The notes under the pieces: generated by a model | What the model saw: only the letters and a program-made list of their open reading frames with translations | Database searches by the model: none | Told to the model about the DNA's origin: nothing | Assembly: GCF_000092105.1 (NCBI RefSeq) | Contig: NC_014148.1 | Coordinates: 5,250,001 to 5,282,000 of the forward strand | DNA: 32,000 nucleotides | DNA from: Planctopirus limnophila DSM 3776 | Lineage (GTDB): Bacteria; Planctomycetota; Planctomycetia; Planctomycetales; Planctomycetaceae | Direction of reading: 5' to 3' | Made by a program: the position numbers and the translations under genes | Shown: in pieces, positions 19,590 through 26,915 of the stretch | How the letters are laid out: each line of letters starts with the position of its first letter | Numbering within the stretch: position 1 is the stretch's first letter

Positions 19590-20084
19590 TCACTGAATTT
19601 CATGAGGATCAAAATTGACCAGCTGATTGTTGCGGAAGAAGAGCACAATCACCCGGCCATTGGAATCGGGGCCCCAGCGATAGCCGTCATCGGTCACCAG
19701 GTAATTGGCACCGGTCTTGTAACTTTCGGCTCGATCACCCGCAGGCTCAGCTTCGGTGGAGATTGCCTGGTTAACCTCGTTGACAGACATGCCGTTATCG
19801 ATGGTATTGCGCAGGAGCCAGGTGAGAGATTCGGCACTCTGATGCTCGCGCCAGTTGGCCTGATGTTTCGCCTTCTTCGCTTCGAACTCGGCATCGTGCC
19901 GATAATACTGCATACCGGGGATATTGAGTTTGGTGATCGATTCACAACCCAGCGTGCATGTGATGATCAGCACAATCACCCACGCACCCGGGACGATGAA
20001 CATGCCGGGCTTTCGCGGTGCGTGCTTTGAATGGGTCGCTCGAACTGAAGACTGACTGAAGTCGCGATATTGGGAACTGTTCAT
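19590..20084 (-). CDS. Hypothetical small lipoprotein-like or signal-anchored protein (possible SmpA/OmlA-BamE-like fold)
   Basis: A hydrophobic segment GAWVIVLIITCTLGC is followed by a soluble region. The GMSVNEVNQAI and RVIVLFFRNNQLVNF pattern is reminiscent of BamE. It is the last gene on the same strand after the wza-wzc-ligase genes. An alternative start is the ATG at 20003. No confident family assignment is possible. Confidence 0.45.
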   Translation of the reverse strand: MNSSQYRDFSQSSVRATHSKHAPRKPGMFIVPGAWVIVLIITCTLGCESITKLNIPGMQYYRHDAEFEAKKAKHQANWREHQSAESLTWLLRNTIDNGMSVNEVNQAISTEAEPAGDRAESYKTGANYLVTDDGYRWGPDSNGRVIVLFFRNNQLVNFDPHEIQ

Positions 20085-20100
20085 GGCGATGATTCCGCGT

Positions 20101-20147
20101 TGAACTTGAGAAAGAATTCGCCTCGCAAAAAGTGACTAAGCGAATTC
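20101..20147 (-). terminator. Possible weak terminator after the ligase-like gene
   Basis: The 8-bp arms are GAATTCGC (20114-20121) and GCGAATTC (20140-20147). On the minus strand they are followed by TTTCTC. The 18-nt loop makes this marginal. Confidence 0.25.
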
Positions 20148-20194
20148 GATGAAGGGAAGGGAATGAGATTCGAGGAAGGGTTGATCAGGGAGGT

Positions 20195-22987
20195 TTATCG
20201 GAGGGGAGATAATGATGGCGAAGTCTGATGACCAGCCGGTATCACGAGTGATGTGCGGGGAGAAAGTGAACGTTGAGCGGATTGTCTGGAGCGGAGCACA
20301 GATTCGTACATTTTGGCGTAAGCGGGATTTGCGGGCTGCAGATCGACACAACGCTTCAAATGCCTTTCGGCAGAATCCCACTCTTGAAGTCGCATGTATA
20401 AACCACCCAGATCGCGATGTTGAGCTACGGTTTCGGGATGGAGTTCTTCGACCTTTGCCAGAGTCTCACGGAGAGCCGCCAGATTTTTCGCATTCCAGAA
20501 CTGATAGGCCGCTGAGATCAGCTTGCCGCGGGCAATTTCTGGTGCTGCCTGATCGGATTCTCTGGTGAGAATTTTCCCGAGTGCATCGGCAGCGAGAACG
20601 ACGTCTGCTTCCTTTTTGAGTTTGGTGTAGGCAGCGAGAATATCACTGGCCGCTTTGCTGTCGGGTTCGAACTGAGCGATCAATTCCTGAGCAGGAATCG
20701 ATGGTGCAAGGAGATTGATAATCTGTCGTCTGGCACTTGAGTAATCGACAAAGACCTGCTTCCACAATGCCATCCCCGCTTCTGCTTCCCCTGAGGTAAT
20801 CAGTGCGGTTCCCTTCGCCAGCAAGAGGTTCGAGGCATACGGTCTGACAACGAGTCCCTGTTCGAGCATATTGCGGGATTGTTCTGCTGATGAACCTTGC
20901 AGAAACCCGAGTTCATACATCTGCAGGTAAGCGGTTCCTGTTAATGGCAGCGAACGAACCGATCGGCGGGCGAGTTGATGGGAGGCATCGATGTATTTCA
21001 ATGATGGGCCAACCACCCGTTGCAACCATTCGCGGAGTTGGGCGTTCGATTCAAATCCACCCGAGCCTGCTGTCTGCTGCAATTGAGCCAGAGGAATGGC
21101 ATTTTCGGGATCGCGTTCCTGCAGTTCGATAAAGAAGTTCTTGAGCTGCAAAGAGGCCAGAATGGCGTAGCGTCCATCAGCCGGATCGAGTTTGGTGGCT
21201 GCCAGAATATGCTTCAGTTTGAGAGTATTGATCTCTTGAGGTTCGATATCGGGGCGCGGTCGAAAAACGAGGAGTTGAAACTGACGGAATTGTGTGTAGG
21301 CCTTCACCACGGGTGTGAGTTCGAGAGTCCACCAGGTTCCCGCGAGAATTGTCAGTGCCAGTGGGGCTGCATAAAACCATTGTGGTAACTGCAGCCCGGG
21401 CAAAGCTGGGACTGCGGATGAAACTTCTGAGGAAGTCCCTTTGGGTTGCAAGCGGGCAAATGCATCACAACGGCAGGCGACAGCTGCGAGCATGGCCAGA
21501 ATGACGGTGTTTCCCGGTGCATACCATGCAAAATCCGTCACGGAATGTATGGTCGTCGCCACAGCCGCAGAGAGAATGGCGACACCAATGAGCCGAAGCT
21601 CCTGATCTTTGGCCAGGTGCAGCCGGATCGATGCTGCAAAGACGATGACCAGAGCGAGGATCGCACAGGCGAGTGCCGGGAGCCCCAGTTCGACGGCAAT
21701 CTGCAGATAGCCATTTTCTGCATGGGTGTATTCGGTCTCACCATCTTTTTTAGGGAGATAGACCGGATAAATTTCGCGATGACTTCCCAGGCCACTACCG
21801 ACGAGAGGGAAGTCTTTGATCATCACTGTGAGGGCCTGCCACAGTTTTCGCCGACCGTCTTCTCCATCCATTTCTTCAATGCCACCACTGATGGCGACTT
21901 CGACTTTTTCATCCAGACTCATAAATTCCGGCTTGAAAATGACCAGGCCACCAGCCACGAGAGCACAGGCCAGCAGACCACCCATGAGCATTCGAAAGGA
22001 GATTAATCTGGCGAAGCTGCCAGAAATCATGAAGGTCAGAATGGCCAGGATCGTCACAATGGAGCCCATGCGGGAGAGTGATCGCAACGAAGCAAAACTG
22101 ATGACAATTGCACTGACAGCTAATAATCCGGCCATTATCAGGGCGATCGAGATTCCCGAAGTTTTGCCAAAGCCTGGTGAAGAGAATCCGCCCGTCGACG
22201 GTTGATCTGCTGGTTGTTGATGCTGCATGTGCCAGTAGCACATCCAGGCCAGGACAGGGCCGATCCCGATGGCCATAAAATGGGCGAAGTTATTACGATT
22301 GGTGAAGGCCCCTTTGACGACATCTTTTGCTGTGCCAAAGTGATGTTCGTAGAAGCCAAAAAACAGATTAGTGCCTGCAAAAAACTGCAACAGGGCAAAC
22401 AAAGCCATGGCGATGATCGCACAGGCGATAATCCCCAGGACACGCCAGGCATCGCTGGTTTGCCTCTGATGCTGATAAGTCATGGCAAAGACCAGCGCGG
22501 TCGAGAGGAAGAGAATCAATCCCTGCTGCGATTCGTGGGGAGCAACCGTGAGCAGCTTCCACGTCGAGGCGGCTCCTGTGCCCGGTGAAAGTGATACCAG
22601 AGTGGTCAGTTGAGGCGAGATCGATTTCAAAGTGGCTTCGGGAAGGGGTGTCAGTTGTAGAAACATGACACCGGCCACAAACGCCATTGGTAGATACATC
22701 CACGACCAGACCAGAGGCGTGGGTTCATCGGTCACGATCTGGCGTAAACACCACAACCCAGCGGCCAGCGGGCCCAGTATGGCCAGGGCAATCCAGCCAT
22801 AAGGCTCGCGACCGCCCATGATGAAAGGAATCGCGAAAGCCAGGAGCACCAGTGCCACATCGAGCAGCGTCCAATGCCTGACTGAAGAGTGCTCATTAAG
22901 TGCGGTGCGAGCATGACTCTCGCGATGGCGGCTGGAGGATCGCCTCGAGGAACGGTGCGAGCGATGTTCGGCATGCGTCGCGTCCAT
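20195..22987 (-). CDS. Polytopic Wzy_C / O-antigen-ligase-like membrane protein fused to a long C-terminal TPR domain
   Basis: About 12 or more hydrophobic helices lie in residues about 40-560. The Wzy_C signature is TEYTHAENGYLQIAVELGLPAL. The C-terminal region of about 350 aa is helical with TPR-like repeats (e.g. HRDLGGLYMRLQEWDSAERHLKRCVDLQPANPAYAKMY). The basic His/Arg/Ser-rich N-terminal tail is MDATHAEHRSHRSSRRSSSRHRESHAR. Its ATG overlaps the stop of the upstream kinase gene. Confidence 0.8.
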   Translation of the reverse strand: MDATHAEHRSHRSSRRSSSRHRESHARTALNEHSSVRHWTLLDVALVLLAFAIPFIMGGREPYGWIALAILGPLAAGLWCLRQIVTDEPTPLVWSWMYLPMAFVAGVMFLQLTPLPEATLKSISPQLTTLVSLSPGTGAASTWKLLTVAPHESQQGLILFLSTALVFAMTYQHQRQTSDAWRVLGIIACAIIAMALFALLQFFAGTNLFFGFYEHHFGTAKDVVKGAFTNRNNFAHFMAIGIGPVLAWMCYWHMQHQQPADQPSTGGFSSPGFGKTSGISIALIMAGLLAVSAIVISFASLRSLSRMGSIVTILAILTFMISGSFARLISFRMLMGGLLACALVAGGLVIFKPEFMSLDEKVEVAISGGIEEMDGEDGRRKLWQALTVMIKDFPLVGSGLGSHREIYPVYLPKKDGETEYTHAENGYLQIAVELGLPALACAILALVIVFAASIRLHLAKDQELRLIGVAILSAAVATTIHSVTDFAWYAPGNTVILAMLAAVACRCDAFARLQPKGTSSEVSSAVPALPGLQLPQWFYAAPLALTILAGTWWTLELTPVVKAYTQFRQFQLLVFRPRPDIEPQEINTLKLKHILAATKLDPADGRYAILASLQLKNFFIELQERDPENAIPLAQLQQTAGSGGFESNAQLREWLQRVVGPSLKYIDASHQLARRSVRSLPLTGTAYLQMYELGFLQGSSAEQSRNMLEQGLVVRPYASNLLLAKGTALITSGEAEAGMALWKQVFVDYSSARRQIINLLAPSIPAQELIAQFEPDSKAASDILAAYTKLKKEADVVLAADALGKILTRESDQAAPEIARGKLISAAYQFWNAKNLAALRETLAKVEELHPETVAQHRDLGGLYMRLQEWDSAERHLKRCVDLQPANPAYAKMYESVLRSRQSAQRSLSPRTSLVIPAGHQTSPSLSPLR

Positions 22988-25284
22988 CAGGCGGCCGTCC
23001 TGGAAGAATAACTCGAATGTGACGAAGCATGATCATCGAGCAAGTCATCGTGATCACCATCGGTATCGGTATGACCGTAGCCATAGCCATAACCGTAGCC
23101 GTAGCCATACCCACCAGCCCGATCGCTGGACATGTTATTGAGGGCCAGACCGAGCAGGTTATTGCCCCACATCCGCAGTGTTTCGGCAGCACGGATGACT
23201 GACCGCCGCTGATTTTTATCGGGTCTGACAACGAGCACCACGCCATCGACCATGCGTCCTAACACGCCAGCATCGCTGACTGCCAGAATGGGAGGAGCGT
23301 CGATCAGAACCTGGTCGTATTGAGATTCCACATAGGCTAGAAGTTCACTGAAGCGGGTTGAGGAAAGGAGTTCAAGAGGATTCGCCGGCCTGGGCCCGGC
23401 TGGGATGATATCGAGTCCTGCGAGATCAGAAACCACCACATTGTTGCGTAGAGAATTCTCAATCGAATCGTCGTTTCGCAGGATTGTCGAGAGGCCATAC
23501 GATCCGCGCAGCTTCATGGTTTTGGAAAGGCCCGGGCGGCGCATATCGCAGTCGATGATGATCGTACGTCGGCCGGATTGAGCATAAGCCACAGCCAGGT
23601 TTGTCGAGACAGTGGTCTTACCATCGCCAGGTTCGGTACTCGTGATGACCAGACGGCGGATATCGTCTCCGGCAAACTGAATCGCCGTACGTAAGGTGCG
23701 GAAAGCTTCTGTCGAAGATTCGTGAGGAGCGACAAAGGCATGGACAGAGTCGAGGCCGTTCCCATCGTATGTAGGAAGCGATGGGATAAACGAAAGGACG
23801 GGAGCCCCCAGTTGCAAGCTGGTCTCTTCTGGCGAGCGAAAACGATCATCCAGGAGATCGGCGAGATACACCAATGCCAGGCCCAGAGAAATCCCGGCCA
23901 TCAAAGAGACAGCGACTGTCAGTGACAATTTGGGATGCACGGGCCTTGGATTGACCTTGGGTTCTCCGACGACAGCCGTACGAATGCCTTTGTCTTTACC
24001 AAGATCAATGCCACGAATTCGCTCAAGGACGAGATCGTAAAAAGCGCGCAAACGCTTGGTATCCATCTGCAGAATTTCGAGCTTGGCGAGTTCACCGTTG
24101 AGTGAAAGTGCATTCTGCCTTTCAATATCGAATTGAGCACTGACAGAGGCCTCGTGCTGCTGGGAATGCTGCACGCGTTGTCTGGCCATTTGCAGCAGAC
24201 GCGGCGTGAGTTCTTCCATGCGGAGTTGTTTGAGCCGGTCGATGGTGACTTGCCTGCGGCTGGCCATCCACTGCTCTTTGGCCTGAATGGCATCGCGAAG
24301 TTCCATGACTTTGGGATGATTGGGGCCATAGCTTTCGAGAGCCGTCCGCATTTTGGCCTGCTCTTGCAGCAGTTGTTCCGTCATACGACTGATGGCCATG
24401 CCTTCCTGGGAATCGAGGCCCAGTTCTCCCATCATGAACTGTTTGCCCACGACATCGAGACTGGCCATAGCAAACTGCAGGACGTCTTCACCGCGGGAAA
24501 TGGCCTGTTCGAGAGCTGCCAGTTGAGCCGTCGCTCGCAAAGTTTCTTCTTTGGCCTTCATGAACTCTTCGTTGAGTCTGACGACACGCGCCACGGCCAC
24601 GTTTGTGGCGTTATCTGTACCGTTGCTGACGAAGGTCAATGAGCGCCCGCGCAGCTCGATGAGTTCGGCCTCTCTAGTGGCCAGTTTCTGTTCGAGTTCG
24701 ACTTTTTCTTTCGAGAGGATCTGCAGGATTTCCTGCGAAGTTCCCTGGTGGTTCTTATTGAGAAAATCGATGGAGGCACTGAGAACGGCATACAAAATGG
24801 CAGCGGCGGCTTTGGGATCCCGCGAGCGGCAAGTCAGTTCGAGCACGTTGGTCTGCCGGGCAGAGCGGACAGTTACCATTTTCTTGAGGACGCCCGGCCA
24901 GTCGGCAGGGGCGACTCCTCGAAAATCGGTGCGGTATTTCACTGGCAGCTTTTGAGCCGCATCTGCCAGAACGATATCGCCCTGCATGATGCGTTCATAA
25001 GTGGGCATGAGGTCTTTCATGGCAGCTCCTTCGGGAGCACCATCCAGGACTTTGCTACCTGTCTGCAGGATGAGAAGTTCGGCTTTCGACTCGTAGTATC
25101 TAGTCGAAACGATGTAGTAAGCAGCACCTAGAGCACTGGCTGCCAGGACGGCGAGAATAATCAGCCCTTTGCGATACTGTACGCTTCGCCAGAAACGCAT
25201 GAGCGTTTGCATGGTGTTCGCCTCCGGCATCATCAGGGTACTTGACCCTGGCAAACCGGATTCATATTCGGGCGATACAGACAT
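22987..25284 (-). CDS. Polysaccharide co-polymerase / BY-kinase (Wzc/GumC/EpsG-like tyrosine autokinase)
   Basis: It has an N-terminal Wzz-type TM plus a coiled-coil periplasmic domain and a second TM (LSLTVAVSLMAGISLGLALVYL). Walker A is TSTEPGDGKTT, Walker A' is IIIDCDMRRP and Walker B is VLIDAPP. The C-terminal Tyr cluster is GGYGYGYGYGYGYGH. Confidence 0.9.
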   Translation of the reverse strand: MSVSPEYESGLPGSSTLMMPEANTMQTLMRFWRSVQYRKGLIILAVLAASALGAAYYIVSTRYYESKAELLILQTGSKVLDGAPEGAAMKDLMPTYERIMQGDIVLADAAQKLPVKYRTDFRGVAPADWPGVLKKMVTVRSARQTNVLELTCRSRDPKAAAAILYAVLSASIDFLNKNHQGTSQEILQILSKEKVELEQKLATREAELIELRGRSLTFVSNGTDNATNVAVARVVRLNEEFMKAKEETLRATAQLAALEQAISRGEDVLQFAMASLDVVGKQFMMGELGLDSQEGMAISRMTEQLLQEQAKMRTALESYGPNHPKVMELRDAIQAKEQWMASRRQVTIDRLKQLRMEELTPRLLQMARQRVQHSQQHEASVSAQFDIERQNALSLNGELAKLEILQMDTKRLRAFYDLVLERIRGIDLGKDKGIRTAVVGEPKVNPRPVHPKLSLTVAVSLMAGISLGLALVYLADLLDDRFRSPEETSLQLGAPVLSFIPSLPTYDGNGLDSVHAFVAPHESSTEAFRTLRTAIQFAGDDIRRLVITSTEPGDGKTTVSTNLAVAYAQSGRRTIIIDCDMRRPGLSKTMKLRGSYGLSTILRNDDSIENSLRNNVVVSDLAGLDIIPAGPRPANPLELLSSTRFSELLAYVESQYDQVLIDAPPILAVSDAGVLGRMVDGVVLVVRPDKNQRRSVIRAAETLRMWGNNLLGLALNNMSSDRAGGYGYGYGYGYGYGHTDTDGDHDDLLDDHASSHSSYSSRTAA
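23064..23102 (-). repeat. Imperfect hexanucleotide tandem repeat (TAY-GGY)6 encoding the (GY)6 tyrosine cluster of the kinase
   Basis: The plus strand reads ACC GTA GCC ATA GCC ATA ACC GTA GCC GTA GCC ATA CCC. The reverse complement translates to G-Y-G-Y-G-Y-G-Y-G-Y-G-Y-G. Confidence 0.85.
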
Positions 25285-25383
25285 TGGCGAAAGACTTTCT
25301 CGCTACTTCATTGGGAGTTGAATCACGACTTCAGGTTGGCTGAATTTCTGGTCAATCAGGGCTTTAAGTGAACTTGTCTGGCC

Positions 25384-26574
25384 TTAGAAAATGGCGGCAC
25401 TGCCACCGATGGTGAAGCGAATCACCTGGGTGATCGTGTCGAGCATGACGGTGGCGGCGGTCTGTTCGACCGAAACGACATCGCCTGGTTGCAGTAAGAG
25501 ATTTTCCTGTCCGTTGGACTTGGCCTTCTGCATACTTACGGTGACGACGGCGGGATCGCTGCTGTCTGTTCGCTGGCGGATGACGTAGATCTTATTGGCC
25601 GCTTTGGAAGAGACACCACCTGCGATCGCAATGGCGTCGAGAACGTGAATGTCTTTTCCTACGGGGAAGTCGAACTTTCCGGGCTTGGTCACCAGACCAA
25701 TGACTTGCAATGGCTGGTAATCGTGCCTTTCCACGTTGATGACGGCACCATCTTCCAGTCGATATTCCGTACCTCGCCCTTCTTTCACAGCGGAGACGAG
25801 ATCGATCTGTAAGGTTTTCTTCGCTCCCACGCCGGCCTTGATGTCATTGGGGTTACCTGTCTCGGTCTGACCACTGACCCGGGCAATGGGGTCACTGTTC
25901 CGCGTGGGTGAGGGAGCCCCTTTATCCGGGTTGCGAATTTCAACATGGGTGCCGGCAGTGGGTGAAAGATTTCCAGCAGCCACAATCGCAGCGAGGAGAT
26001 CGCTGGCATCGCGAGGCAATTCGACGACACCCGGTTTGTTGACGGCACCCAGAACCGTAATTCTGTTCAAGCGGCGGCGTTTCATCGTTACGGTCACATG
26101 GGGCTGGCGATACAAACCACGACTGACGGCAACGGAAGCAATGGCCCCTTCAGCATCCGAAAGCTCCATCCCGGCGAGTTCCACCGGGCCAACGACGGGA
26201 ATATTGGCAGTGCCATCTTCACCGACGCGTGTGGGAAAAATTACGGCTTCAGTGGCTCCCAGGCCAGCCGCAATGGTGACTTCGACGACGTCGCCAGTGC
26301 CGATCAATTCATTACTGGGGTACTGTGTGGCTAACTTGGAGAGGTCAAGAGTCTGGGCATTCTCCGCTTTTTTGGCGACCAGTTGCGGGGGCAATGTTCG
26401 CGTAGAGAAATGGTTGGGAGAGCTGCAACCGGAATATCCGAGGGCGCCAAACAGCAATACACAGAACATCACCACCGTTGGTTGTGGAGGTTTCATCCGT
26501 GGTGTTTGTGGGGGCCTCATGTCGCAGTTCCATTGCGGCAAATGATAGCGCGGCGATTCAATTCGAGATGGCAT
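25384..26574 (-). CDS. Polysaccharide export protein (Wza-like; Poly_export plus SLBB domains), probable lipoprotein
   Basis: The signal/lipobox-like segment is VVMFCVLLFGALGYSGCSSP. The Poly_export-like block is IGTGDVVEVTIAAGL...GPVELAGMELSDAEGAI. The SLBB-like blocks are RITVLGAVNKPGVVELP, LQVIGLVTKPGKFDFP and LLLQPGDVVSVEQT. Alternative starts are at 26520 and 26496. Confidence 0.85.
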   Translation of the reverse strand: MPSRIESPRYHLPQWNCDMRPPQTPRMKPPQPTVVMFCVLLFGALGYSGCSSPNHFSTRTLPPQLVAKKAENAQTLDLSKLATQYPSNELIGTGDVVEVTIAAGLGATEAVIFPTRVGEDGTANIPVVGPVELAGMELSDAEGAIASVAVSRGLYRQPHVTVTMKRRRLNRITVLGAVNKPGVVELPRDASDLLAAIVAAGNLSPTAGTHVEIRNPDKGAPSPTRNSDPIARVSGQTETGNPNDIKAGVGAKKTLQIDLVSAVKEGRGTEYRLEDGAVINVERHDYQPLQVIGLVTKPGKFDFPVGKDIHVLDAIAIAGGVSSKAANKIYVIRQRTDSSDPAVVTVSMQKAKSNGQENLLLQPGDVVSVEQTAATVMLDTITQVIRFTIGGSAAIF

Positions 26575-26831
26575 CCTGCCTTCTCAGCGTCCGATATAGG
26601 TCATGCTGAAAAATTGGTCAACCCGGAAAGATTTTCCCTCAAGTTCACATCGCACTCTGCCGACACGATTTTCTTCATCGGCGATAATTGCCGATGATTC
26701 GCGACAGTAAGACACCACAGGAACCCCAAACCACTTAAAGATCCGAAGTGCATCAATTCACCAAAAGCAGCACAGACGACTTACTTCACCCAATTCGCCG
26801 GGAGTACAGGCTCTGATTCTGAGTGGCGTGA

Positions 26832-26857
26832 GAACAGTGAATTTGGATGGAACAGTG
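26832..26857. repeat. Direct repeat GAACAGTG-N10-GAACAGTG in the uvrC/wza intergenic region
   Basis: Copies lie at 26832-26839 and 26850-26857. On the minus strand this reads CACTGTTC-N10-CACTGTTC, about 260-280 nt upstream of the wza-like start. Confidence 0.4.
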
Positions 26858-26915
26858 TCTCTCCTCGACAGTATGCCCCAAAATGATATTGAGAACGGGG
26901 TTTCTCTTCTCGTGG

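Noticed and set aside
26575-26915. Possible frameshifted remnant of the missing UvrC HhH domain, or a small gene (76-aa ORF at 26786-27016)
   Set aside because: None of the three downstream frames gives a GIG/HhH-like pattern. The 76-aa ORF overlaps the uvrC 3' end and is Ser/His/Cys-rich with no signal.
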